Shown here in pieces: positions 1-13,213 of a stretch of DNA of 64,000 bases (position 1 is the first letter of the stretch; each line of letters opens with the position of its first letter). The notes beneath the pieces were generated by a model. The model did not search any database. It was given only the letters and a program-made list of their open reading frames with translations, and had not been told where the DNA came from. The translations under genes and the position numbers were made by a program. Location: the NCBI GenBank assembly GCA_951406725.2, contig OX597814.1:50096001-50160000 (forward strand), in the 5' to 3' direction. This DNA is from Octopus vulgaris (Eukaryota).

Positions 1-897
1 CACCTTTGCCCTTTCTTTCTCTCAAGAGGGTTAAACAAATTAGTAGCAGAGTTTTCTTTCTATTGTAATCGTTATCGAAAGGTCCAGCTTTATCACATTT
101 TGTCAGGTTAAGTCTGCCTGAACTTACGTTAAATGTACACGTGTCTATAGAATACTCAGCCGATTGCGCGATTATTTCACGAATATGAATAACTGAATAC
201 TCAAAATCGAGACATGGAAAATTTATTATCCAGATTATAATATGAAATCCAGTCGGGGTTTATAAGACATGATACTGTGGAAATGTTTAGTCGTTGGACT
301 ATGAAAACTATGCAGCATAAGTAACCTAGTACTAGCCGATCGGCTAGTGAGGTGAAGAGGACCTGGAGAGAATCTATCCCGTGTATCTCAAGTGGTGGAA
401 CTGGAACCACTGAAAAGGCCTGTGAGTTTTGATGTGAAATTACAGCAGCTATCAGTTAACGATGTCACATCTATTTAATAAAAGGAATTTATTTGTTCTA
501 TTCATAGAACTTTCCATACAAACCGTGACCAAATTAGCAGGGTACAAACAAAACTAGAAGCGTTGCAATACTTGTTTCATTCTTGAAGGTTCACAGTTCA
601 AATATCGGTTACGCAGAACTTAGAGCTCACTAACTTATGGTCAATAAAATAAATACGATCGTATACATTGGGCGATATAATCGATTCTACATACGTTTAG
701 ATCTCCAAAAAGTCTAAAAGGCAAAGAAATATTGTTCAAGTTTTCACTTCAGTGTGTAGGAATATTATTCATCCCGCCAGACAGAATAAAAAAACAACAG
801 CTGTATCAGCCTCCCTGTCTATTTGTCTCTCTAATGCAATGTGTATGTATGTACTCTTTCCCCCCTCTCTCTTTCTTTTTCCCTCTCTCTTTTTCTT

Positions 898-934
<37 letters not shown>

Positions 935-1189
935 GCATGTGCATGTGGACGTGCATGGTATAGGTGTTGAACTTATGTTTGTGGTTTCGATTCCTGGAAC
1001 GGGTGATATGTTGTGTTTATTTCACGTTGCTGCAGTTCACTCGGTTGGTAAAAAATGAATAATCCGGTGGGTGATGACATAGACGCCACAGAATCCAAGA
1101 AATCTGTCTTACGAGCCTATAGCTGAGGAAGGACACTAATCATATACATATTGTATTTTAATTGGCATGAAACTAGAATATTGCATATC

Positions 1190-3266
1190 TGTTATGAAAA
1201 CCATATGTCAGAGAAATGTTCCAGAGCACAAAGACAACACAAAAAGGAACAAGATTCTAAAAGAGAGGAAGATCCTCATGAGACGACGGACAAAGGTTGC
1301 AACTCGCTTCAACAAACGACACTGATGGAGATTGTAAAAAGCCAGCAACGATCCTAAGCGAGGGAGAGTGCAGACAAAGAAGCTTGCGTTATAAAAAGCA
1401 TTAAATAAAGCCTGAAGGCCTTCTTTCATTATACCAAAGAAACAGCCTCAGTACGCTGCGAAATAGGACTCCTCTTCCAAAAGTATAGCTCCGTCTCAGA
1501 TAGCCCAACCAGGATCAGTGAGGCACTGAATGACCAGTCCAAAAATGTCTTTACCACCACGTTGAAACAAGGACAAGTGAACGAACCATTTCTTTGCCGC
1601 TTCACCTACAACCAGCGAGGCAGTTACAATGGATTATCATGACATTAGAGAGGATGATATACTACTAGCCAAAGATGAGGTGGACGCAAACTCAACTGCT
1701 GGTCTTGATGGATTCCCAGCAATCCTCCCCAAATCGCGTAAGGGTGCCCTGGCAAATCCCTACAGATTTTCTTCCAGAGCTTTCTTCCAAATTGCAGGCT
1801 GCCAAGCAAACTGAAGGAGGGAGTAATATGCCTAATGCATAAAAGCGGAAGCAGAGCAGATGCCAAAAACTGTAGGCCTATCTCTCTGACTCTACACACC
1901 AGCAAAATCATGGAACGGATAGTGAGTGGGAAACTAATTGCATTCATTGAAAAAAAAACGACTTGCTGAGTGACACCCAGCATGGCTTTCGACAATGTAC
2001 AAGCTGCCAGACCCAGCTCTTACAGCACTATGACTGGGTGTTGAGGCCACTCAAATCTGCACTTAATATACGTCGACTTTGCAAAAGCTTTTGATAAAGT
2101 TGATGATGGTATGATATGCCACAAACTGCGCGATCTCGGCTTAGCTGGAAAAATTGGCAAGTGATCACATGACTTTCTGAACGATAAAAGTCAGGCAGTA
2201 GTGGCCAATGGAATCACCTCAAAGAAAACAAAAATAGTGCGCGGTGTTCCACAGGACACTGTCTTGGGACCGCTGGTTTTCATAGTAGCCCTCTCAGATA
2301 TGCCCTCAGCTTCCCGGGTAGCCACTCTTGCTTGCTACGCAGACGATACGAAGGTCTCGCAGAAAATACAGAACCGCAGCGATGTTGCACACCTGCAGCA
2401 GGAGTTGGACCCAATTTACAGATGGGATCAGAACAATAATATGCAGTTTAATTCGGAAAAATTCCAAGCCGTGTGCTACCAGCGTCCATAACAGAATATA
2501 ACACTTATAGGGTTCACTGGTCCACAGGGGATAACAATCCCAGTGTCTAAATCAGTGAGGGACCTGTGTATCGACATGAGTGATGATACCACTTTCCAAG
2601 TGCACATTACCAGGATGGAGACAAAGTGCAGACGACTGGCTAGATGGATCCTGAGAACGTTCAGAACCAGAGAGAAGGAAACCATGATCGTTCTTTGAGG
2701 ATACTCGTCCTCAGCCGCCTAAACTTCTCCTCCCAGCTATGGTCATCCAGCAATGTAAAATTAAGAGCAGACCTTGAAGCAATCCCGCAAAGTTTCAAAC
2801 AAAAAGATCGTCTCACTGCAATAGCTCAACTACAGGGAAAGGCTGAAACAGCTAAGACTCTACTCCCTGGAGCGAAGGCAGGATAGGCATGCAGTAATAT
2901 ACATCTGCAAGATCCTGGAAGGAACTGTGCCAGATTTTGGTATTGAAAGCTACACCAATGCCAGAACGGGTCGACAATGCACAGTGCCAACAGCTTAGGT
3001 TTCAGGAACCCATAGCTTTTTAATAGTCTCCCAAAGAACCCGAGGGACCTACACAAAGTGTAGTTTTGAAATCAAAACTGGACCGCTTCCTGTCGAGAAT
3101 CTCAGATGAACCTACCTCGCGGCAAGAGGTACAATTGACGATAGGCAAATGAAATTCCCTTATTCACCAAATGCCACATATTAGCGGAGGCTCTCAATAA
3201 TAACAGTGTAGTAAAACGACGGTGGCCCGGCAAGGCCGCAGCTCTGAGTTGAAACTACAAAGCAAT
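1190..3266 (+). mobile_element. Decayed, 5'-truncated CR1/L2-group LINE (RT domain and 3' tail)
   Basis: Frameshifted RT motifs AGLDGFPA, RPISL, QHGFR, YVDFAKAFDKV, GVPQDTVLGP, YADDTK (ORF 2201-2491). The 3' tail has a stem-loop CAGCT-CTG-AGTTG then AAAC and runs into (TA)n. Confidence 0.88.
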
Positions 3267-3352
3267 AATATATATGTATATATGTATATATATCTATATA
3301 TATATGTGTGTATCTATGTATATAGCTATATATATATATATGTTTATATATG

Positions 3353-3423
<71 letters not shown>

Positions 3424-3597
3424 TAATAAATATTAGGGAATGAATCCAAAATTACAGGGAAAAATCAGATTTAGGGTTAAATCCAATTTTATAGTAAAAT
3501 ATTATATAATATAATTCGAGACAAAACCACTATTTTAAAACCAAACAAGGAAAGACTTAATCAATACATAAAATTTTAATATAAATTAAATAAACCG

Positions 3598-3640
3598 CCA
3601 CTACAAATGTTTCATGTCTGCTCCGACAATCTTCAGGTGG
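3598..3640 (-). ncRNA. Type-I minimal hammerhead ribozyme in a ~280-bp non-coding element (3418-3700) between (TA)n tracts
   Basis: Minus strand: CCAC-CTGAAGA-tTGTC ggagca GACAt-GAAA-CATTTG-TA-GTGG. Stems I and II present, intact core, near-palindromic stem III, GUA site. Confidence 0.8.
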
Positions 3641-4004
3641 ATTTTCGATCTTCTAATCAGTATCAAATTACAAAATAGCACTCACAACCCCTATCTCAAT
3701 TTATATATATATATATATATATACATATATACATATATATATATATATTTATATGTATATATGTAGATATGTAAGAATGTAAGTATATATGTATGTATGT
3801 GTGTGTATGTATGTATGTATGTATGTATGTATGTATGTATGTATGTGTATATACATACATATATACTTACGTATATGTACACGTGTTTACAATATGAATC
3901 TTCGAAGATAGTTGCACCCATCCATACCTTCCAAGTAAGTTTATATATGTATATATATACACATATACATATATATATACACATATGAGTGTGTGTGTGT
4001 ATGT

Positions 4005-4215
4005 GCATGTGTGTGTGTATTTATCTCCTCACCATCGTTTGGCAACCGATGTAGGTGTGTTTGTGTCTCCAAACCTTAGCGGTTCGGCAAATGAAAACTA
4101 TAGAATAAGTACTGGGTATACAAAGAATAAGTCCTGGGGTTAATTTGTTAGATTAAAGGTGGTGCTCCAGCATAGTCACAATCAAATGACTGAAACAAGT
4201 AAAAGTATAAAAGAA
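4005..4215 (+). mobile_element. tRNA-SINE family A, 3' half only
   Basis: Matches the 3' half of 9600-10022 (CTTAGCGGTTCGGCAAA...GGTGCTCCAGCAT...TGACTGAAACAAGTAAAAG). Confidence 0.85.
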
Positions 4216-4339
4216 TATATGTATGGGTGTGGCTTTAAATCAAAAGTACCAGGATCGATTCTTTAACGCGGTACCCCCACATGGCCGGAGGATAATGACT
4301 GAAATAAGTAAAATAATAAAAGATATATACATATGTATG

Positions 4340-4384
<45 letters not shown>

Positions 4385-4646
4385 GTATGTATGTATGTAT
4401 GTATTTATATGTATGCCAACAAACAAACACACACACATACACTCGCACACACATACATACGCACATATCTATGTACGCATGAATCTATTATATATATACT
4501 GTATGTATAATATATATGCATATATAATATATATATACACACACGCATACATATATATAAATGTATATATACATATAGACAGATAATTCATGCGCACATG
4601 CATAGATGCATACATAATTTTTCTAAATTGAATTATTTAATTGTTA

Positions 4647-4682
4647 CAGTTAAAAAAGTCTCAATTACTGAAACCGGTACTG
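4647..4682 (+). ncRNA. Degenerate hammerhead-like motif
   Basis: CAG-TTAAAAA-AGT ctcaatt ACT-GAAA-CCGG-TA-CTG. All three stems and the palindrome ACCGGT are present, but catalytic G5 is A. Confidence 0.45.
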
Positions 4683-4731
4683 AAATGTGTTTTATAAAAT
4701 TATTTTAGCATTTTCGCGTGTTCCTTTTCAT

Positions 4732-4800
<69 letters not shown>

Positions 4801-4857
4801 ATCATATATATATATATATATACATTTATATATTTATATCATATATATGTCACATAA

Positions 4858-4901
<44 letters not shown>

Positions 4902-5200
4902 TAGGTGTGTATTTGAGTTTTCCTTTGAATTCTATTTACAAAGTGATAGATAGGGTATGCAAGTTATATGAAACGGAGTATAGTGTCATTTCTAACATTA
5001 ACACAGTAACAAATAGTAATCGCCGAATGATAAATCAACTTTTAAATTGTGCGATTTTGATTTTCACGTGTTCTAAAAGACATCAATGCAGTGGGTATAT
5101 CTCAAAATTGAAACCAGAACCACATCAAATACACAGCAGCATCATGCATTTATATGTATGTAGGAATATATACATGGATACCTACTTACATACACACAAA

Positions 5201-5233
<33 letters not shown>

Positions 5234-5236
5234 ATG

Positions 5237-5272
<36 letters not shown>

Positions 5273-5409
5273 GTATATACAAATATGCACATATATTTAT
5301 GTGATAAATGTTTTACACACACACGTGCGCGAACATTCAAACACACTCACACACACACACGCATATGTATGTGTACATATATACATATTGACATGCATAT
5401 AGATATGGA

Positions 5410-5562
<153 letters not shown>

Positions 5563-6286
5563 TTGTGTATGTATATATGCAGGTATACAACTACAACCTT
5601 ATGTTTAATTTGGGTGTATGTGTGTGTGTGCATACAACCTATTTCTCCGAGGTTTTATTAATATATATAAAATACATGAATCGGATATATAAATGAATAC
5701 ATTCATATATATATATGTAGATAGATATAGATGTGTGTGTGTGTGTGTGACCGCGTGTAGTGTGCGTGTGTGTATACATGTAATGGGGCAGGGAGATAAT
5801 AAAAGTGACAGTGATACATATGTGGGTTGATAAAATCTGTATTTATGTAGCTGAAATATATGCGTGCTAGGTAACAGAAGCGCTAGAAAGAACAACCATA
5901 GGATGTTTGAAGAAAACAACGCAAATAGGAACAAAATTTAAAACCTCAGATTTCATAATAAAAAAATACGAAAACATGATCTCTTGAAAAAACAAGCGAC
6001 TGCTGAAAGATATGTAAATAAAACCGAGAGTGTAAGAGATAAAACTACAAGAAAATTCGTCTGGCTTCCATAAGATCAATAGAAGGGAGAGGTGGAGTCT
6101 GCTTCTGTAGACTTAACAAAGAGATGTACGAACGTATAGATATGTGGGCGGGGCATATCGCCACGGGCGGAGTTCTTGGTACACACACACACACACACAC
6201 ACATACACACACATACGCACACACACACACGCGCACACACATATATATATATGCATAGAAATTGATAGATTGATAGATAGATGGAT

Positions 6287-6331
<45 letters not shown>

Positions 6332-6919
6332 GTAGATAGATAAATGGATAGATGTATAGCTAGATAAATACATGTGTGCAGTTAGCTACTGAACTTATTA
6401 CAGGTAGGTATTTGCATATGAGCAGGTTACGCAATTTACGTATGTGCTATATCCCCATACTTGAGAAAACGCATACTTCTATATAGTACACGTCTCATAG
6501 AAACATATTAATCCGTGCCCATATACATATACAGACTCACTCGTATGTGTCAGATCATAACGCTTGGATGTTTTTAATACCCCACCACGTCCGATATAAC
6601 TTATATACCCTCTCTCTTTCTCTTTTTTCTCCCTCCCTTCATCTCTCACTTTCTCTCTCGCTCTCATACATACATAATACATACACAGTGTTGTAGGAAT
6701 AGTTGATGGGCGAAGAAAATTCTAAATAAATGTACTGGAGAGTTATTTTAAAGGACGATAACTCTTCATTCTTCTCGAGATAACCAGTTTAAGTTTTAGG
6801 GTAAATTAACTATAATCATAGAGAAAATAGCTTACCCCAAAGTTTGTATTCATTCCCCAAGTAAATGACAGAAATTATAGGCAAAAACTATTATTGTGGT
6901 TGTTGTTGTTGTTATTATT

Positions 6920-6997
<78 letters not shown>

Positions 6998-8192
6998 GCA
7001 ATAAATTTTATATGTGTATGCATCTGTGAATGACTCTGTGTGTGTGTGTGTGTGCTCTTATGCACGCATATATTTGGGATTATATTTGCGATATCTTACA
7101 AATGTTATGGAGGACACTCTGCAGGGAAGCAGACAACAGAAAGGAAAAAAAGTAAAAGGAGGCTCAGTGAAAGAGTGAAACAAGTACTATACACGATATC
7201 ATTAAGGACAAAAACTATCAGTATTAAGTTTAATTATATTCAACACAATAGAAAAACCAGAGCGAGAAAGAATGGGAAGAGAAATAGTCGTTAGGAAAAA
7301 GCAAGGTCGGGGACTCTGAAGGAAAGAACGCAGTTTGTGGCAGACGATCAAGCTGAGAGAATGATGTTATATAACAGGGAAGAGAAAGATGGGAGAGGGA
7401 GCAAAAAGTGTGACATATGAGGGAGGAATGAAAAGGAAAGAATAGTGTAGATCCCTTATATAAGCAGATCCTATATAATAGGGAAGTGGGAGAAAAGGTA
7501 AGGGAAAATGTGAGGAAAATGACAAAAACAAAAGCCAGAAAAAGTTAGAGAAACAGCGAGAAAGATAAACAACATACAAGCCATAAAATGATGAACAAAA
7601 AAGAAAAGAGTAACTGAAAAGAAGCACAGTTTAGGAAATGGAAAGAGAAAATACATGATACAGAAAAAATAAAAAATTTAAGTCTTATTCGATCTTGGGA
7701 TGCTTTGAATTTGAAATATTTTAAAGATTTTAGTTTCAAACTCAATCGTTTCTGACAATATGGAACCGACTCCTCAGTTCATAAAATTAATAACGATCCT
7801 AATAGGAATACATGACAAAAATATTCTCATATCAATGTTTGTTATGTTGTATTTCATGCTATAAACTTCTCGCAAAACAAAATATATTCAAAAATTTTCT
7901 ACGCTTTAAGAATAAGTCAAAGAACGAACATATAGGAGCTCATTCAACCTGCTAGAAATAAGAAATACATCGTTCTCAAATTACACACATTTAACATGGA
8001 AGTTGTAGTATCAGACTGATATGTACGGTTTGATTAAGGCAGAATAGTATCAACTACATAATATATATTATATAATTTCAGTGTTCGGTAGAAAGTGTGT
8101 GAAGGAAAGTTACCAATTTCATTAGCACTTTAAGACAGAAGCGACATGCAGTCAGATTCAGAAGTTTTGAGTTCACATATATATATGTAAGT

Positions 8193-8234
<42 letters not shown>

Positions 8235-8279
8235 TTGAATTTCTAAATCTCTCGTAGAGACATGTACGGTGGTGGGGCG

Positions 8280-8561
8280 ATAGAATGGTTGTATGCTGTC
8301 AATCTAACAAGAACGTGACAGTAGGGGGTACACCACCGTTGTATAGCCCTAGGAGGCATCGAACGCCTCCTGACAGCTTCGACACATTTTTTTCCTGTGT
8401 CCTTATATATATAAGGTGTTTGTCTCCCCTTCGTATATGTATATAATTACACAGGAAAAAAATGTGTCGAAGCTGTCAGTAGGCGTTCGATGCCTCCTAG
8501 GGCTATACAACGGTGGTGTACCCCCTACTGTCACGTTCTTGTTAGATTGACAGTATACAAC

Positions 8562-8569
<8 letters not shown>
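8280..8569. repeat. Long inverted repeat (~121-bp arms, 48-bp spacer) in a (TA)n-flanked element
   Basis: 8280-8400 is the reverse complement of 8449-8569 with two mismatches seen. Confidence 0.93.
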
Positions 8570-8600
<31 letters not shown>

Positions 8601-8606
8601 TGTATA

Positions 8607-9592
8607 CTAGCATTAAAGACCCGTCGTTGCCGGGTCATAGTGCCAGTGCATGTATATATGTGTATATATATGTGTACATATTACATGTACATCTATATAT
8701 ATACATCTACACATAAAATACAAAATACAAAGTTATATCTTGATATCGCTAATGATAACAATACTCAAAATATATAACAGACTGGAATTGTTAGCCCGTC
8801 TCTTGTAATTTCGATCAATTTTATCTTGTCCTCCCTCTTGTATAGAAGTGTGGATACAATCCAGCTTACCTCGGGGGGGGGGGGGGCGCTTAAAATTTTT
8901 TTCCGGGACGTCCTACGTACCGGATATAAAGGTAAAAATAAAATATTTCCACTTTGCAAGTTCGAGTCGAGTACTCTATTGTGGCGAATTTACCGCCTCT
9001 GATTAGATATCTTTCATAGTCGCACCAAGACACTTTCCTCCATGTGTTCAAATCTTCTTTTTTCTCTACATTGTATACTTTATAGACAATAGTCTTTTCT
9101 TTAATTTTATTTTTTATTATCCATCTAGACTATTCCATTTCTGCGCGCTAATTTTATTTTTAATTTATTCCCATTCATGTGAAACCACTTATTCAAGTTC
9201 AAGTCATTGATGCAATTTTATACCAATTGCTATTTTTACTTTTGTTATGTGACGATTATATTATACTTTAGCTTGATTTTAATTATTACTTACTACATAT
9301 AATTCAATTGTTATTATTATTTTTATTGTTAAAGTGAAAGTATCTGACATAAAATAGAGAAATGTTTTTGTTTCACTTTTAACAAGTAATACTGAAATAG
9401 TGGAGAAGATATGATATTGCTATGGGCTCGCCCTAGGCAAGAAGTTGAACATTTTTTTGCCCATGAAACTACATGGACCCTAAGTAAGGCATGTGTAAAA
9501 TTTGAATGAAATTGGTTGTGTAGTTTTCAAGTTTTAGGAAAACACACAGACAGACAGACAGACACACATTCTCAGTTTTATATATATAAAGA
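8607..9592 (-). mobile_element. Non-autonomous Helitron
   Basis: Minus strand starts A|TC-TTTATATATATAAAA, has a subterminal (CTGT)n, a 3' hairpin GACCCG-gcaacga-CGGGTC (8618-8636) and ends CTAG|T. Confidence 0.8.
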
Positions 9593-9599
9593 TATATAT

Positions 9600-9765
9600 A
9601 GGCGCAGGAGTGGCTCTGTGGTAAGTAGCTTGCTAACCAACCACATGGTTCCGGGTTCAGTCCCACTGCGTGGCATCTTGGGCAAGTGTCTTCTGCTATA
9701 GCCCCGGGCCGACCAATGCCTTGTGAGTGGATTTGGTAGACGGAAACTGAAAGAAGCCTGTCGTA

Positions 9766-9808
<43 letters not shown>

Positions 9809-10020
9809 ATGTGTTTGTGCGTCTGTGTTTGTCCCCCTAGCATTGCTTGACAACCGATTCTGGTGTGTTTACGTCCCCGTCACATAGCGGTTCGGCAAAA
9901 GAGATCGATAGAATAAGTACTGGGCTTACAAAGAATAAATCCCGGGGTCGATTTGCTCGACTAAAGGCGGTGCTCCAGCATGGCCGCAGTCAAATGACTG
10001 AAACAAGTAAAATAGTAAAA

Positions 10021-10022
<2 letters not shown>
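9600..10022 (+). mobile_element. tRNA-derived SINE family A, full length
   Basis: Pol III A/B-box head (TGGCTCTGTGG...GGTTCAGTCCC), internal (TA)n/(TG)n, LINE-like tail and GTAAAA repeats. Closely similar copies at 11874 and 45523. Confidence 0.92.
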
Positions 10023-10076
<54 letters not shown>

Positions 10077-10159
10077 GTACTGTATGTATGTATATATATT
10101 TATGTGTGTGTGTTTATATGGTAAAGACAGAACATGGAATATACGAGAATTTATTATTA

Positions 10160-10265
10160 ATCATGACAATTGTTTCGACACACCTATCATTGATTCCTCA
10201 TGGATGGGACTCTCAAAAACTAGTTCAAGAGCATCTGGTGGTGCAGGTTTATCTCGTCGTGTGAT
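10160..10265 (-). ncRNA. Degenerate hammerhead with long stem-II loop
   Basis: Minus strand: ATCAC-ACGACGA-GATAAACCTG...TAGGTGTGTC-GAAA-CAATTG-TC-ATGAT. Palindromic stem III; core positions 3-4 are mutated. Confidence 0.55.
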
Positions 10266-10518
10266 AAATAAACACAACTCGTTAAAATAAATGTTCCGCA
10301 ATGTATCTTTCCGTTTTGTAGAAAGACAAGCAGCCAGACGGAGGAAATATCTTCATTTATATAGAGGATCAAAAGTAAAATCACAGATGGCAAAAAGAGA
10401 AACGAACACGCAATCATATATATTATTATATTTATATATTTTATTATATATGTATTATATATATTATGTATATATTATATATATTATCTATATTTTATAT
10501 GTATATATTATCTATATG

Positions 10519-10548
<30 letters not shown>

Positions 10549-10553
<5 letters not shown>

Positions 10554-11111
10554 TTAAATTTACTAAGTCTCTATAGAAGAGATTACGGCAGCGTTTACTG
10601 GAAATTAATTGTTATCGCCATATTAATATGGCATTCTTATAGATATAAGAATAATCGCTGCCGCTGGTCAGCTCCATGAGGCCACCGCCTTAAGATAGCT
10701 ATTGATACATGATCTGCATCCATTATAACCTTCGAACAAGGGAGGTCAGCCGCTTCACACTACCAGTCCGTAATCTCTTTTATAGAGACTTAGTAATTTT
10801 AATATTTCTATTATTGAAAACAAGTGGATGTATTCCACTGAAACTAGGTAAATAGAAACCTTCGAACAGAGACGTCAGTGGCGACACCTGCGGGGTCTGA
10901 CTGCGCTACATTGACAAGGGGCAATACCCCGAAACGCGTTTGTAGCTGTCGGACTGGCAGTGTGAAGCGGCTGACCTCCCTTGTTCGAAGTTTATAATGG
11001 ATACAGATCGTGTATCAATAGCTTTCTTAAGGCGGTGGCCTCATGGAGCTGACCAGCGGCAGCGATTATTCTTATATCTATAAGAATGCCATATTAATAT
11101 GGCGATAACAA

Positions 11112-11116
<5 letters not shown>
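10549..11116 (+). mobile_element. Non-coding (TA)n-flanked element with inverted arms and a hammerhead (Penelope pLTR/retrozyme-like)
   Basis: 10604-10770 is inverted at 10950-11116; 10549-10588 is inverted at 10768-10807. HHR at 10905-10946. Confidence 0.8.
10905..10946 (+). ncRNA. Type-I minimal hammerhead ribozyme, U3-A8 core variant
   Basis: GCTACA-TTGACAA-GGGG caata CCCC-GAAA-CGCG-TT-TGTAGC. Perfect 6-bp stem I, 4-bp stem II, palindrome ACGCGT. Confidence 0.85.
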
Positions 11117-11156
<40 letters not shown>

Positions 11157-11160
<4 letters not shown>

Positions 11161-11839
11161 AAATCAACGAACGGCCATAATAGGCCATTCACCCACTAGA
11201 AATAACAGCCAAAGCTTCAACCGCAAAATAACATTAATTCCGTAAACCAGGAGAAAATTAAAAAACATTTACCCTGTAATTTCTTATACGATGCACCGTT
11301 TCATCTACTGTTTAATGGTAAACTAACCTGATTAAATTAAATCAAGCCAATCTTCCATAGGCCCTTAGATTCCTCAGTAAGAAATAGCCAGAACGGAACA
11401 GATATTTTCACGAGGCATTTCTGTCCCTGCCTCGGCAATATCTGACCTAAAATTTTCAAATCATCGCACTCGCGCCAAATTTATCGGCAGCAAATAAATA
11501 TAAGCCGCCGATTCCATTACGGAATCAACCAGAAAATTCATAATTAATCAATATAGGGTGGCAAAAAAAATTTTGTAGAATTTTTTTGCCACCAGCATCG
11601 GTGCATCGTATAAGAAATTACAGGGTAAATGTTTTTTAATTTTCTCCTGGTTTACGGAATTAATGTTATTTTGCGGTTGAAGCTTTGGCTGTTATTTCTA
11701 GTGGGTGAATGGCCTATTATGGCCGTTCCTTGATTGTGATGTTGAACTTATAAATGGTCTATGACTATTTAATTTTTTCCCACTAGGCCGCTGGTGGCAA
11801 AAAAATTCTACAAAATTTTTTTTTGCCACCCTATATTGA

Positions 11840-11847
<8 letters not shown>
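11157..11847 (-). mobile_element. Non-coding (TA)n-flanked element with interleaved inverted repeats and a hammerhead
   Basis: 11157-11298 is inverted at 11599-11740; 11540-11596 is inverted at 11790-11847. HHR at 11279-11385. Confidence 0.8.
11279..11385 (-). ncRNA. Type-I hammerhead ribozyme with long stem-II loop
   Basis: Minus strand: ATTTCTTA-CTGAGGA-ATCTA...TAGAT-GAAA-CGGTGCATCG-TA-TAAGAAAT. 8-bp stem I, intact core, near-palindromic stem III, GUA site. Confidence 0.87.
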
Positions 11848-11873
<26 letters not shown>

Positions 11874-11876
<3 letters not shown>

Positions 11877-12262
11877 CGTAAGAGTGGCTGTGTGGTAAGT
11901 AGCTTGCTTACCAACCACATGGTTCCGGGTTCAGTCCCACGACGTGGCACTTTGGGCAAGTGTCTTCTACCAAATTCTTGTGAGCGGATTTGGTAGACGG
12001 AAACTGAAAGAAGCCCGTCGTATATATGTATATATATATATGTATATATGTATGTGTGTCTGTGTTTGTCCTCCCAACATCGCTTGACAACCGATGCTGG
12101 TGTGTTTATCTCCCCGTAACTTAGCGGTTCGGCAAAAGGATCGATAGAATAAGTACTAGGCTTCCAAAGAATAAGTCCTGGGGTCGATTTGCTCGACTAA
12201 AGTCGGTGCTCCAGCATGGCCACAGTCAAATGACTGAAACAAGTAAAAGAGTAAAAGAGTAA
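11874..12262 (+). mobile_element. tRNA-derived SINE family A (small internal deletion)
   Basis: High similarity to 9600-10022; (GTAAAAGA)n tail. Confidence 0.92.
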
Positions 12263-12598
12263 ATATATATATATATATATACTTATATATATATATATAT
12301 ATATATAATTTCAACAATTGAGGGTAAAATTAATTAATTAATTATTAATCAATTTCACCAAGTGTTCAGTATGTAAAGGGACCATTTAAGGCGAATTCAA
12401 ATTATTACATTATATAAAAGGGCTTAGTAAAATAAATTACTTTGCCACATACTGAACTCATTAGAAATAGCAGCTAAAAAAACTTTTTTAAAACTATTTC
12501 TAATACTTAAAGAAAATCTCTCTCATATAGTGCTTGCTCAATTCAACTCACGAAAGTATGGGGGTAAAGACATTAAAAAATCAAATGCAAAGGTTATT

Positions 12599-12651
12599 TG
12601 AGAACGTACGTTTCAAGATTAGTCAAACTCGACATTTCTATCATCAGCTCA
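12599..12651 (-). ncRNA. Type-I hammerhead ribozyme (array copy 1)
   Basis: Reverse complement of 13161-13213. Confidence 0.8.
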
Positions 12652-13160
12652 GAACTCCTTGGTTTGGATTTGAAAACACTGAAAGTGGGAGCATACCCTT
12701 TCGGCTTCCCATCGCTTCTGAAGATCTGCTCGAAACTAACAGTGCCAGCATACCCAAAAAATGCAAGCGAAGAATTTCTGCTCTCCCCTTTCCACCAGCG
12801 TGGGTTAAAATCACCAAACGCTAAGCTTTTTCGGTAAATCCGAAACATTAAATAGAGAGAGATGAATTATAATTTCAACAATTGAGGGTAAAATTAATTA
12901 ATTAATTATTAATCAATTTCACCAAGTGTTCAGTATGTAAAGGGACCATTTAAGGCGAATTCAAATTATTACATTATATAAAAGGGCTTAGTAAAATAAA
13001 TTACTTTGCCACGCTGGTGGAAAGGGGAGAGCAGAAATTCTTCGCTTGCATTTTTTGGGTATGCTGGCACTGTTAGTTTCGAGCAGATCTTCAGAAGCGA
13101 TGGGAAGCCGAAAGGGTATGCTCCCACTTTCAGTGTTTTCAAATCCAAACCAAGGAGTTC

Positions 13161-13213
13161 TGAGCTGATGATAGAAATGTCGAGTTTGACTAATCTTGAA
13201 ACGTACGTTCTCA
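13161..13213 (+). ncRNA. Type-I hammerhead ribozyme (array copy 2)
   Basis: TGAG-CTGATGA-tAGAaatGTC gagttt GACtaaTCTt-GAAA-CGTACG-TT-CTCA, with palindrome AACGTACGTT. Confidence 0.82.

Noticed and set aside
7741-7782. CTGAGGA...GAAACGATTG on the minus strand
   Set aside because: Stems I and II do not pair convincingly; at best a badly decayed HHR.
12714-12745. CTGAAGA...GAAAC on the opposite strand of the 564-bp unit
   Set aside because: No stem II pairing and a G at the cleavage position.
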